A stretch of DNA of 64,000 nucleotides from an uncultured Verrucomicrobiae bacterium. Lineage in GTDB: Bacteria > Verrucomicrobiota > Verrucomicrobiia > Chthoniobacterales > Chthoniobacteraceae. The translations under genes were made by a program, and so were the position numbers. Of the stretch, positions 18,480-28,118 are shown piece by piece. The stretch's first letter is position 1, and each line of letters opens with the position of its first letter. The notes under the pieces are model-generated. The model searched no databases and was not told the DNA's origin. It saw only the letters and a list, made by a program, of their open reading frames with translations. The DNA is taken from the NCBI GenBank assembly GCA_963828525.1, contig CAWHEP010000009.1, positions 96,001 through 160,000 on the forward strand, in the 5' to 3' direction.

Positions 18480-19850
18480 TCACTGGCGCCCGTCTGGAAG
18501 AGTGTTCACTCCGTTTGCGATGAGAGCTTCCTCGCTTCTACGCCGTCGCAACATAAACAGTCCAGCCACCCATAGGATCAACGTTCCGTAGAGGGAAATA
18601 CCAAGGTCCTTCAGAATTTCGCATCCCGGCAGCATGCCGATGATGTTTGCGAGGAGATGCGCCATGAACAAAACGAAACATCGGCGACCCACGTTGGGAA
18701 AGGCATGCCGTTCCCACCCATCAGCGACCATCGCCATTACGAGAGGCAGGGCAAACACATAGTAATGGGTGTGCGACACCGGGCTGATGGGTATCATGAT
18801 GGTCGCGAGACAGCCGAAGAAAAGCAGTTCAGTGATCGTGCTGCCAGAGCGCGAAAACCCGCCACACGCCAGCGTCGCAAGAGTGCAGACGGCGGCAAGC
18901 AGGACGTGCGTCCGGCTCACCCACGGAGCGATTTGCCGAGGCCTCCCGCCCGGGGGCGGGAATGGGTAGAGGGTATTATGCAGTATGACTTTGAAAGCCT
19001 GGTTGTCGGTTCCGTTTGCGTCCAGGATTTCACTGGCGCGGGACGCGTCCGCGCCGCCCGCCAGCGCAGGCGAGAGAAAGACATCCACAAAGTGGCGGTC
19101 TTCCTGGGCTGCGCGCCGCGCGCCATCCGCCAAAAGAGGGATTATCCCGAGACATAGCACCGTACCGCAAATGGCCCCACCGACACAGCGCCAGTCCTTT
19201 CTCCACAGTGGATAAAGGATCATGTAGCCAGGGAAGAGTTTTATGCTTGCCGCTACCCCAAGAAGCGCGCCCGGCAGCCACGCCCGGCGAGAGAATAGCA
19301 AAGCCGCCATTCCGCAGAAGAGCATCAGGACTGTAAGATTTGTCTGTCCTCTTGAAAGAGTTCGCCCGATGGAGGGCAGACAAACGAGGATCGGAATCAT
19401 TCGCAACGACCACCACCGCGCGCATCCCACCGGCATCGCGCGGACCGACGGATCCGGAGACGTTTTCTCCAGAGAGGCTGCCAATACATGCGCGCCGATC
19501 GCCATGCTCGCGACGCCCAATATATACCAGGCTGCAACCGAGATCGGATACGGGATCATCCCCGTCCGGTCTGCGCCGGGAGGCGGGTTCGCAAACGGGC
19601 GGATGAGGATGGCAAGGAACGGCGGATAGTTATAATGCCATCCGTTTGTCTCGGTGACGTCATAGATGTCCAACCCCTTGCTCTCGGCCCAAGCTGCGCG
19701 GAAGTAGCAATCCGCATCCGTCATTCGCCTTCTCAAAAAGGCCGAACGGTATTCCACGATGCCCCCGAAAAGGAACACCACGCACAAAAATGCCCATAGT
19801 CCGGCGCGCTGCCATTTGGTCGGCCAGCGAACCAAGCCGGAAGGATCCAT
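18480..19850 (-). CDS. GT87-like glycosyltransferase
   Basis: TD..CY, YNYPPFLA, RGQTN, IKLFP, DNQA and PVSHTHYY motifs. Confidence 0.82.
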   Translation of the reverse strand: MDPSGLVRWPTKWQRAGLWAFLCVVFLFGGIVEYRSAFLRRRMTDADCYFRAAWAESKGLDIYDVTETNGWHYNYPPFLAILIRPFANPPPGADRTGMIPYPISVAAWYILGVASMAIGAHVLAASLEKTSPDPSVRAMPVGCARWWSLRMIPILVCLPSIGRTLSRGQTNLTVLMLFCGMAALLFSRRAWLPGALLGVAASIKLFPGYMILYPLWRKDWRCVGGAICGTVLCLGIIPLLADGARRAAQEDRHFVDVFLSPALAGGADASRASEILDANGTDNQAFKVILHNTLYPFPPPGGRPRQIAPWVSRTHVLLAAVCTLATLACGGFSRSGSTITELLFFGCLATIMIPISPVSHTHYYVFALPLVMAMVADGWERHAFPNVGRRCFVLFMAHLLANIIGMLPGCEILKDLGISLYGTLILWVAGLFMLRRRRSEEALIANGVNTLPDGRQ

Positions 19851-19851
19851 G

Positions 19852-21432
19852 CTATCGCGTCGAGGCCCTGATGCGGGGTACCGGGAAGTGAAAATAATCG
19901 CTGAAATTCGTGACGTGAACTCCCCGGCTGGCTAGCAGCGCGGACAACTCGGTGCTAGTCAGCGCGTCCATCTCATCGCGGTGTTTGTATCCCCAGTCAT
20001 AGGCCTTTTCAACCGCTGGTTCTTCGCGCGGATGGCAGCATATCTCCGTCAATCCTTCTGGGAGCGCTTTGATCCTTGCCGCCATGCTGGCGGTATTCCA
20101 CGTCCCGGCATCGGCCATTCCCAGGAAATTGTCGGACCAGAGCATGTGATCATGCGCGAGCCTGCTTTTGCTTAAGCGACAAACCAGGGAGAGCGCCGCG
20201 CGAGGAAGCCAGCGCCGCATCGGCCCCCGGAAGAGGCTCAGGAACGCCCCGCGCTCATCCGGCAGCCGCACTGCGGGAATACCATGCTCCTTCGCGAGGC
20301 GCGTGACGATCTCGAGTATGGCTGGCAAGACATGGAGGTGCTGGTGGCTGTCAATGTGAGTTATACGCAGCCCCGCCTCCCGAACCTTGGATAGTTGCGC
20401 GCGGAACTCCGCTTCGATCTCGGCTACAGCGATTCTGCCCGTGACATACCGCCGCAAAAACATCCCGTAGCTTGCGTGAAGCCGACCGTCAGGGCCAGTC
20501 AGCGTGGGAACCTGGGAGGCATCACTTACCGGAGTGCCATCCACGAGAGAAAAGTGCAGGCCTAGATCGAGTGAAGGATTGTTGCGCGCGTACTCGGCAG
20601 CCTCCTCGAAGGCATCGCCGGTGCATATAAGGCTCGCCGCCCGCACCAGGCCGTCCTGGTGACTCGCCATGACCCCCCGGTTTATACTGGCGCACAGGCC
20701 AAAATCATCGGCATTGAAGATGACCTCCCTTCGCACTTGCTTCTCCTTTGCCCGGCTCGCGCGTCGATAACGAATCAGTTCCGCGAGCAGCTTTGGGATC
20801 ACACGGGGCCCGCCGATAGTGGAGACGCCTGCCTGGCGGAGTTGGTAGACGAATCCCGCCTCGCGGATGCGATAACCACGGCGTCGCGCTTCCAAAATCA
20901 TCTCCGCGTCGATGAAGGATCCTTCGGACTGCAGCGGCGTCTCAACCAACTCGCGCTTGAAGAGTTTGAAGGCAAAGTTGGCATCCCGCACTCTTAGCCC
21001 GAACACGGCGCGAAGCAGGAGATTGTAGCAGAGCGACTGCGCGTCTCGGAATTTGTTTTCAGCGCCGCCGATCCGGTAGCCGATCACCATGTCCAATTCG
21101 CTCGGAGCGCCACGCAGAAATTCCTCCACATCGTCAAACGCCACTGGAATATCCGAATCCATGTAGAGGATGTAGTCCATTTTGGCAGCGGCGAAGCCCG
21201 TTTTCAACGCGCCCCCCAGCTTTCTGTTCCTGCTGTGGCGGATCACTCGCAACTCGGGAATCGTGGACTTCAGACTTTCAACCAGTTCGCCACTGCCGTC
21301 CGTGCTGCAATCATCCACGACGATGATCTCGAACTCCGACAGGGTACGCGCCGCGATCTCGCGCGTTGATCGCGTCATCTTCTCGATGTTCCCAATTTCG
21401 TTGTACATCGGGTAAACAAAAGAGAGTCTCAT
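19852..21432 (-). CDS. Fusion of GT2 polyprenol-phosphate-sugar synthase (DPM1-like) and YdjC/ChbG/HpnK deacetylase
   Basis: N-part: PMYNE, VDDCSTDG, G.ALKTGF, MDSD, D.NFAFKLF, FIDAE. C-part from ~20725: NADDFG, GLH, HIDSHQHLH, EICCHP. Confidence 0.87.
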   Translation of the reverse strand: MRLSFVYPMYNEIGNIEKMTRSTREIAARTLSEFEIIVVDDCSTDGSGELVESLKSTIPELRVIRHSRNRKLGGALKTGFAAAKMDYILYMDSDIPVAFDDVEEFLRGAPSELDMVIGYRIGGAENKFRDAQSLCYNLLLRAVFGLRVRDANFAFKLFKRELVETPLQSEGSFIDAEMILEARRRGYRIREAGFVYQLRQAGVSTIGGPRVIPKLLAELIRYRRASRAKEKQVRREVIFNADDFGLCASINRGVMASHQDGLVRAASLICTGDAFEEAAEYARNNPSLDLGLHFSLVDGTPVSDASQVPTLTGPDGRLHASYGMFLRRYVTGRIAVAEIEAEFRAQLSKVREAGLRITHIDSHQHLHVLPAILEIVTRLAKEHGIPAVRLPDERGAFLSLFRGPMRRWLPRAALSLVCRLSKSRLAHDHMLWSDNFLGMADAGTWNTASMAARIKALPEGLTEICCHPREEPAVEKAYDWGYKHRDEMDALTSTELSALLASRGVHVTNFSDYFHFPVPRIRASTR

Positions 21433-21519
21433 TGCTGTGGAATCGTGTAGCCGCCCGGCGGCGCAACAGCAAGCCAAGTTAATCGCCGCCGCCATGAGGC
21501 TGCGCGGCGCAGGTTCAGC

Positions 21520-22791
21520 TTATTCCCTTAACGGGTCCCTGGTCGCGAGGATGATCCCGAGAAGGGCCAGAAGACAAAACGTCACTGGGTGATAGCTCTC
21601 AAGGACAAGGGACGCGTCGTGCCCAATGATCGAGCGATTCCCGAGAATGAGCGTGAAAGCGACGCACCCTATAATCACCTTGCACCAAGGCTGCATCCGC
21701 CCGCGATAAACGCCCCGACGCAGGATGAAATAAAGCGCGGGGATTGCCGCCACGCAGTGCTGGCCCCAAGTGATGGGAGAGTAGAGCAGACCCAAGAGCG
21801 ACACACCCCCACACTGCCACGCCGTGTCCATGCGACCTTCAACATTCGCGCCCCCCGCAAATCGCCACACCACAAAAACTAAAAGCAACAGCAGCGCCCC
21901 TTTGATGAGAGCGCCCGCGACGTTCGGGGGTAACGAAAGGAAGTCTACATAGGCGGCCGAATTTACGCGCCCGGGGTGACCCTCTGGCAGGCGAGTGAGA
22001 TAGCGCGCCAGCACGGGCCGTAGCGATTTGTTCTGCAATTCCTCTGGGCCCAGGATGCCGACGGCCGGATCCGGCTGCGTCACGCCACGCGCGACCGTTC
22101 CCAGCCATGCCTTCATCTCGACAGTGTAGGACGATCCCCGGATGGCTGGCGCAAGCGTGAAGAGAACAGCGAAAAGCGCCGCCGCAATCGCGAATTTCCA
22201 CTGCTGCTTCCAGGCAAAATAGAGAATAAAAAGCGCTGGCGTGCATTTCAGGGCTGTCGCAAAACCAAGGCTCAATCCGCCCAGCACCGGCTTGCCTTTA
22301 AACCAGAGATAGATGGCGCCCCATGTGAGGCCGAGAAGAATGAGGTTCTGCCCCCCGTCATCGAAGTCCCGGAGAACAAAGCGGCTCATAATCAGCAGCG
22401 CGCCAGCAGCCACCCAAAACGCGCGCTCCGGCGAAAGCGCGAACGCGCGTCTGGAGAGCAAACTCAGCACCCGCAGCACTATCAACAAAGCGCAGGTTCC
22501 AAGCAGGAAGAAAATCGGCTTTGCAACACGCAGCGGCAGCAGGGAAAGCGGAGCGCTCGCCATCGCGAAGAAAGGCGGATAAGGGAGATCAAGCCCGTTG
22601 GCATACAATGGTTCGCCAAGGCGGAATCTCCGACCCAGTTCCCAGTGGATCGAGAAATCCCCCCGCGGTTTCAGCATCGTGGAAATCCATTGCGCCAGGA
22701 GGAACGCGCTTCCAATGGAGATGGCGACCCACTGCCGCCAATCTGATAGATGTTTGCCGTCTGGCCCGGATTTCTCCATACATCCAGACAT
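21520..22791 (-). CDS. GT87-like glycosyltransferase
   Basis: GDF, YPPFFA, GGQN, LKCTP, QNKSL and SPITWGQH motifs; start could be 22779. Confidence 0.82.
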   Translation of the reverse strand: MSGCMEKSGPDGKHLSDWRQWVAISIGSAFLLAQWISTMLKPRGDFSIHWELGRRFRLGEPLYANGLDLPYPPFFAMASAPLSLLPLRVAKPIFFLLGTCALLIVLRVLSLLSRRAFALSPERAFWVAAGALLIMSRFVLRDFDDGGQNLILLGLTWGAIYLWFKGKPVLGGLSLGFATALKCTPALFILYFAWKQQWKFAIAAALFAVLFTLAPAIRGSSYTVEMKAWLGTVARGVTQPDPAVGILGPEELQNKSLRPVLARYLTRLPEGHPGRVNSAAYVDFLSLPPNVAGALIKGALLLLLVFVVWRFAGGANVEGRMDTAWQCGGVSLLGLLYSPITWGQHCVAAIPALYFILRRGVYRGRMQPWCKVIIGCVAFTLILGNRSIIGHDASLVLESYHPVTFCLLALLGIILATRDPLRE

Positions 22792-22801
22792 GCCCGACTC
22801 G

Positions 22802-24466
22802 ATGGGAATGACAAGACCCGAAATGAATCAAGCGCGGCTGAGCGGAGGCGACTGGGGCTGGCTTCTGACGCTGGGGGTGATCACCAGCGCCATTTGCATG
22901 GCTGAGGCGCGCTTGCTCAGCGCCACTTTCGACGAGCCTGTTTACATCCGCTGTGGTCTCGAGCATTGGTTTACCGGCAGCTACAAACAACTGATGAGGC
23001 TGGGCACCATGCCTTTGCCAGCCGACGCGCAGACACTGCCTATTTACCTTTTGGAACGACTGCGTGGCGCCACGCTTGATTTTTCCACCTCACTACGATG
23101 GGCGCGCGCTGGTTCGCTGCTGTTTTGGTGGGCCCTCCTGTTCTATGCGATGCGCTCTGGCCGCGCACTTGGGGGTATCTGGGGCGGGAGGCTCGCCGCA
23201 ACCCTCATCGCCTCTGAGCCGGTGCTGCTCGGCCACGCTGGTCTCGCCACCACAGATATAGCCGTGACCGCGTGTCTGCTCGCTCTCGGTTGCGAGTTTG
23301 AAGCGCATCGCGGAAGCAGGTGGGCGCTCCGGGTGGCGCTTCCGGCCCTCCTGTATGGCCTCTCGATACTGGCGAAAGCCTCCGGGCTTGTTTTCGGTCC
23401 TGTTTGCCTCCTGGTGATTCATCTGCAACGCCGAGTTCTTCGAAGGGAAGCGGAATCCATTAGCCAGATGGAAGATCTCACGGGCTTTGTGAGGAGGGAC
23501 GGTCTGCAGATCGTCGCCATCGGACTGGCATTCGTGTTTGTCTATTGCGGGAGTGATCTGACCCGTGAGCCGACATTCGTGGATTGGGCGCGATCGCTGC
23601 CGGCCGGATTCTGGCACGAAGTGATGACCAGGATCGCAAACCATCTCCTTATCTTTACAAACGCCGGAGAGGGTCTCGCGCAGCAGATCAAACATAATAT
23701 CCGCGGCGCCGACACGTATCTCCTGGGCGCCGAATACCAACGCGGTGTCTGGTTCTATTTTCCCCTGGCGCTTTCCATGAAGGCAAGCGTTACGATGCTG
23801 ACGACGCCCTTCGCGATTCTGTTTACGCGCCCGCGCTCACTGCTCAATTGGCCCTGCGTGGTCGCGGCTGCCCTCCTGCTCTACAGCCTCACCTGCCGCG
23901 TGCAGATCGGCATCCGATTCATGTTCCCTTTGTTTGCTTTTGCAAGTGTTGGGCTTGGCGCGGCATTCGCGGCGGCGTTCCAAAGCGCCAGCGCTCAGGC
24001 TCGGGCCGGGATGCTCGCGTTGCTGCTCGCCGGATTTGCCATGACAGCATTTGAGGCATTCAGGATTTGGCCCGAGGAGATCTGCTATACAAATCCATTT
24101 TGGGGAGGAACGGAGGGAGCGTATCGGCTGCTGAGTGATTCCAACTACGATTGGGGCCAAGGTCTGGAAGACCTGCGGCGCTGGCAGCGGCGCCACTCGC
24201 CCGGGATCGTGGATGTCTGGTATTTCGGAACCGATCCGTCAGTGGCAATCCCGCCGCTTCGCGAGTTGCCATTGCATCGAATAGGCGCGTCAATCGAAGA
24301 GGCTGTAAAAGGCCGGGTCGTAGCGGTCAGCGCAACGCTGCTATATGGCGCGTACTCTCAGGGAGCCGGGTCGGAGGCGGTTTCTTTCTTCCGCGCGCGC
24401 AAACCAAGTGATCGGACGATGACGTTTTTCATCTTTGATTTCAGGAGCCCGATCCCGCCTCAATAA
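22802..24466 (+). CDS. ArnT/PMT-like lipid-donor glycosyltransferase (GT39/83-like)
   Basis: SATFDEPVY, LATTD, LAK.S, QIGIRF and DSNYDWGQ motifs; exact start (22802/22808/22823) uncertain. Confidence 0.78.
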   Translation: MGMTRPEMNQARLSGGDWGWLLTLGVITSAICMAEARLLSATFDEPVYIRCGLEHWFTGSYKQLMRLGTMPLPADAQTLPIYLLERLRGATLDFSTSLRWARAGSLLFWWALLFYAMRSGRALGGIWGGRLAATLIASEPVLLGHAGLATTDIAVTACLLALGCEFEAHRGSRWALRVALPALLYGLSILAKASGLVFGPVCLLVIHLQRRVLRREAESISQMEDLTGFVRRDGLQIVAIGLAFVFVYCGSDLTREPTFVDWARSLPAGFWHEVMTRIANHLLIFTNAGEGLAQQIKHNIRGADTYLLGAEYQRGVWFYFPLALSMKASVTMLTTPFAILFTRPRSLLNWPCVVAAALLLYSLTCRVQIGIRFMFPLFAFASVGLGAAFAAAFQSASAQARAGMLALLLAGFAMTAFEAFRIWPEEICYTNPFWGGTEGAYRLLSDSNYDWGQGLEDLRRWQRRHSPGIVDVWYFGTDPSVAIPPLRELPLHRIGASIEEAVKGRVVAVSATLLYGAYSQGAGSEAVSFFRARKPSDRTMTFFIFDFRSPIPPQ

Positions 24467-25203
24467 TCAAGGTCATACATCCGGCGAAGCAGAGCGCGCA
24501 GCGGCTCCGCGTAGTTATCGCGCGTGATGCCTGAAGCGGTTTCGCTTGCCACCTCGCCTTCATTTTTTTTCAACCGCGTGGAATACCACGCGTGGAAAAC
24601 ACCCGCCGAAATTGTCGGGAACGAGGGATTACCAACCGAGAACGCTTTCGCGAATTGAAGCGGATGAGGAAGAACATCCAGCCCCTCGCTGAGGATGCGA
24701 ATGGTGGATTCCTCCCCCGTATCCGTGTCGCGGCCAGGCAGTTTCCTCAGCACGACGCGAGTGCCCAAGTCCGACTTCATAAAGGCCATGAAGTGGGGGT
24801 GTATATACCAGCCATGTGGATTGTCGCGCCGCGGCGTGTGGAATTGAGCCCCCGCAAGCCTGCACTTCTCGTCAAGCCGATCCGCCGTAAGGCGCAGCCA
24901 GTCCTCTGAAATCGGGTGAGCGTCCGAGTCCAGAAGTACGATTCGGTCAAAGACCGCCTTCTCGATCCCAGACTCCGCCGCTTCCCCGTGCGAGTGCTTC
25001 CGCCGCCACTGCCGTTTTATCACGATATCAACATCCGGTTGGGCGCGCAGCCACTCAACGGTGCCGTCCCGGCTCCCGCGATCCACCACGATGATCTGGT
25101 AATCCCGCTGACCGACAAAGGCCCGGGTTTTTTCGACGAGCAACCGCGTGTAAAAGAAACTGTCGTAAGCAACGGTGACAACAGTAACAGGCGGCATCGA
25201 CAT
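24460..25203 (-). CDS. GT2 glycosyltransferase
   Basis: IIVVDRGSRDGT, SHG and LLDSDA motifs. Confidence 0.8.
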   Translation of the reverse strand: MSMPPVTVVTVAYDSFFYTRLLVEKTRAFVGQRDYQIIVVDRGSRDGTVEWLRAQPDVDIVIKRQWRRKHSHGEAAESGIEKAVFDRIVLLDSDAHPISEDWLRLTADRLDEKCRLAGAQFHTPRRDNPHGWYIHPHFMAFMKSDLGTRVVLRKLPGRDTDTGEESTIRILSEGLDVLPHPLQFAKAFSVGNPSFPTISAGVFHAWYSTRLKKNEGEVASETASGITRDNYAEPLRALLRRMYDLDY

Positions 25204-25206
25204 GTA

Positions 25207-26787
25207 TTAAAGACCGGAGGGCGCGCGGTGAGCGCACGCGAACACCCGGATGGCGCGAAGCGGCTGTTGATGCCTCTCAACCTGGTAGAAGGCGACTTGC
25301 GAAATCGAGCTGAACGATTTGCAAATACTGGCTGGCGGAAAGCTCTCGCGATCCGTGACGTAGAGAGCGTCTCCATCTCCAAGCGCGCCCGGATTGGGAC
25401 TGGAGTAGTAACTCGGCCAGAAGGAATACTGGCTGTCCGGCTCCGGAGTCTCAGGCGTATACACAGGAGGAGCCCACGGCTTCACCGGGGAGGAGAGCGG
25501 AAGCGAAAAGGCGATCTCCGAAGCCGCGCCATAGTTATTGGCGATGAGAAAAGGCCTTCTGCCTGAAGCATCAGCGAAGTGGTCGCGCAAGTTTCCGACT
25601 GCATGCGAAATAGTTTCCCAACCCCTCAGCCGGGCGCTCGGATCCATGCCATACGGATACGACGCGGCGAGTCGCCCCGGCAGCAGCGCCCTGGGTCCTG
25701 CCGTCAACCTCCAGGCGGCGTCCATATCCGAGATGGCGAGCCCCATGCAGATTCCAATGGCCAACGCCATCACAGCGAATCCTCCCAAGCTTTTTCTCTC
25801 GCGCGCGGCATTGTGCCACACCGCCACGGTAAAGATGCCAAGACTGATGAACGCTGGGGCGGTCCAGTTCGGCTGACCGGCCTTCCGTAACGACAGCACC
25901 ACATACAGAATTGCCAGGGGCAATCCAAACCAGAGGAGAAATGGAGTTGCGTCCCCGTTCCGGACTTCGTTCCTTCCAGCCCAGAGGGCAATCAGCAAGC
26001 CCGCGAATATGAGAGGCGAATAAACCGCAAAATGAGCCCCAATAAAGGAAAGCGCCTCCAAAGGCCGTATCGTGAAAGGGGTGTCCAGGTGCCCTCGCGC
26101 TCTTAGATGCAACATTGTGACCCAACCGTGCCGGGCGTTCCATAGCAACGGTGGGAGGGCACAGGCCGAGAAGGCGAGGAGCATCGACCAGAAGCCAGTC
26201 CGAGCCAACTCACGACGGTAATTCTTTGTAAACGCCAAAAGCAGAAGCACGGACAGCAACTCCATGGCGTTGGTGTATTTGCACAAGAAACCAAAACCGA
26301 TCAGAAGCCCGGTGACGGGCCAGTAGAAGCTGAATCGCCCTGTTCTTTCAAGGGCAAGCCAGAATGTCCAAAGTGCCGCAGCCCAGAAAAATATTGATAA
26401 CGGATCGATCGTCATCAACACGCTCCCAACCTGAAAGATAGGCGTGGCGTTTAATAGAATAACGGCCCAGATGGCGATACTTTCGCTAGATACAACACCC
26501 CACCCCGGAAACACGCGCCGAGTCAGGAAGAAGACGAACCCGCTCGTGCCGAAAGAAAGAAGGGGACTAAAGAAGCGGATGCCAAAAGGGTTGTCGCCAA
26601 AAAGCATCGTCCCGGCGCGGATTGCAAGCGCTACTCCGGGTCCCTTGCTGAAATAGCAAATAGCGAGATTTTTCGACCACAAGAGATAGTAAGCTTCATC
26701 CGGGGCGAGCGGGAGCGCGCTTGCAAGAAGCCAGCGCAGGATCGTCAGCGCCGCGAGGAACAGCAGAAGCCAGCGTGAAGGTTTCAA
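25207..26787 (-). CDS. ArnT/PMT-like lipid-donor glycosyltransferase (GT39/83)
   Basis: PDEAYY..WS..L...YFSKGPG, MTIDP, LCKYT and QPNW motifs. Confidence 0.87.
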   Translation of the reverse strand: MKPSRWLLLFLAALTILRWLLASALPLAPDEAYYLLWSKNLAICYFSKGPGVALAIRAGTMLFGDNPFGIRFFSPLLSFGTSGFVFFLTRRVFPGWGVVSSESIAIWAVILLNATPIFQVGSVLMTIDPLSIFFWAAALWTFWLALERTGRFSFYWPVTGLLIGFGFLCKYTNAMELLSVLLLLAFTKNYRRELARTGFWSMLLAFSACALPPLLWNARHGWVTMLHLRARGHLDTPFTIRPLEALSFIGAHFAVYSPLIFAGLLIALWAGRNEVRNGDATPFLLWFGLPLAILYVVLSLRKAGQPNWTAPAFISLGIFTVAVWHNAARERKSLGGFAVMALAIGICMGLAISDMDAAWRLTAGPRALLPGRLAASYPYGMDPSARLRGWETISHAVGNLRDHFADASGRRPFLIANNYGAASEIAFSLPLSSPVKPWAPPVYTPETPEPDSQYSFWPSYYSSPNPGALGDGDALYVTDRESFPPASICKSFSSISQVAFYQVERHQQPLRAIRVFACAHRAPSGL

Positions 26788-28118
26788 GCAGGCGCCGGGG
26801 TATGGCAGATCCGCTGCTCAAGACGCATTTTGATTCCGTATTTGGCTCGAAGCGTCAGTTGCGGTTGCAAAGCGATTCTCTGGCTCGGAAGAGTCATCGC
26901 GCGATATCGCCGCGCCAGGGTGGCAAGGCACAGAACGCCTTCGGCCTTTGCGAAGGACTCTCCGAGACAGGAACGCGATCCCGCGGAAAAAGGGAAATAT
27001 GAGAACTTCGGGCGAGCCGCCCTGGATTCCGCCGTCCAGCGATCAGGGTCGAAGCGCGAAGGATCAGGAAAGAACCGCGGATCGCGTTGCGTGACATATG
27101 GCGAGACAATGACGATCGCTCCGGCGGGCAGATCAAAGCCTCCAACGCGACAGTTCTCGACTGCTCGCCGCCCAACGGCCCAAAGGGGCGGGTATAATCG
27201 CAGGGCTTCCGCGAAAATCATCTCTGTATAAACAAGCCGTGGATAATCTTCCATGCGCGGCTCCCGACCCGCTGGTATCCGGTCCACCTCTTCGTGGAAG
27301 CGCGCCTCAACTTGGGGATGCAGGGAGAGCAAATACCAGCTCCACGCGAGGGCGTTTGCGGTTGTTTCATGCCCAGCGAGAAAGATCGTCATCACCTCAT
27401 CACGAATCTGCCGGTCTGTCATTCGCGTCTGCTCTTCTTCCCCGGCCCTCAGAAGCATGGAAAGAAGATCACCGGCGTCTTGCCCACTCTTTCGCCGATT
27501 TTCGATAATGCGGAAAATTGTCGCATCGAGCCGGGCGCATGCCCTCTCGAAATCGGGCCGGTCAGCTTCTGGAAGAGTGGATTTTTCAAACTGATCAAGA
27601 ATTTCGCCCAACGCGATACGCACCTCCTCGGCGTCGGAATCCACATTCGCGCCAAAAAGCGCGCGCGCCACGATGTTCATGGCGAGCCAGTTCATCTCCG
27701 CGCACATATCGACTGTTTGGCCGGGATGCCAGCGTTCGCGCAACTGGATCGACATCTCCACCATCGTCGCCGCGTAGCCCGCGACGCGCTGGCCGTGGAA
27801 CGCCGGTTGTGATAGGCGGCGCTGCTGCATGTGAAAGGCTCCCTCGCTGACGAACAAGCCTTCCCCAAGCACCTCCCGGATTCGATCCACGGCAAACCAC
27901 TTGGTGAAATTCCGTTCCTGGACAACGAGTACCTCCTTTATGAGGTCGGGCGAATTCAGGAAATAATACGTACTTTCCGGGCCGAGTTTGAAGTGGACGA
28001 TGTCGCCGTAATCCGCAGCGAGTCGGGTAAAAAAGCCGAGCGGGTCGCGCCGCATCGCAATCAGCAGGGAAGCCGCCGAGGATTCGTCCGGCCCTGGTGG
28101 CAGCGCGGCGGCGTTCAC
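26784..28118 (-). CDS. Cytochrome P450
   Basis: I-helix AGHETTA, K-helix EALR, FDPDRW and heme-binding FPFSAGSRSCLG. Confidence 0.95.
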   Translation of the reverse strand: MNAAALPPGPDESSAASLLIAMRRDPLGFFTRLAADYGDIVHFKLGPESTYYFLNSPDLIKEVLVVQERNFTKWFAVDRIREVLGEGLFVSEGAFHMQQRRLSQPAFHGQRVAGYAATMVEMSIQLRERWHPGQTVDMCAEMNWLAMNIVARALFGANVDSDAEEVRIALGEILDQFEKSTLPEADRPDFERACARLDATIFRIIENRRKSGQDAGDLLSMLLRAGEEEQTRMTDRQIRDEVMTIFLAGHETTANALAWSWYLLSLHPQVEARFHEEVDRIPAGREPRMEDYPRLVYTEMIFAEALRLYPPLWAVGRRAVENCRVGGFDLPAGAIVIVSPYVTQRDPRFFPDPSRFDPDRWTAESRAARPKFSYFPFSAGSRSCLGESFAKAEGVLCLATLARRYRAMTLPSQRIALQPQLTLRAKYGIKMRLEQRICHTPAPA

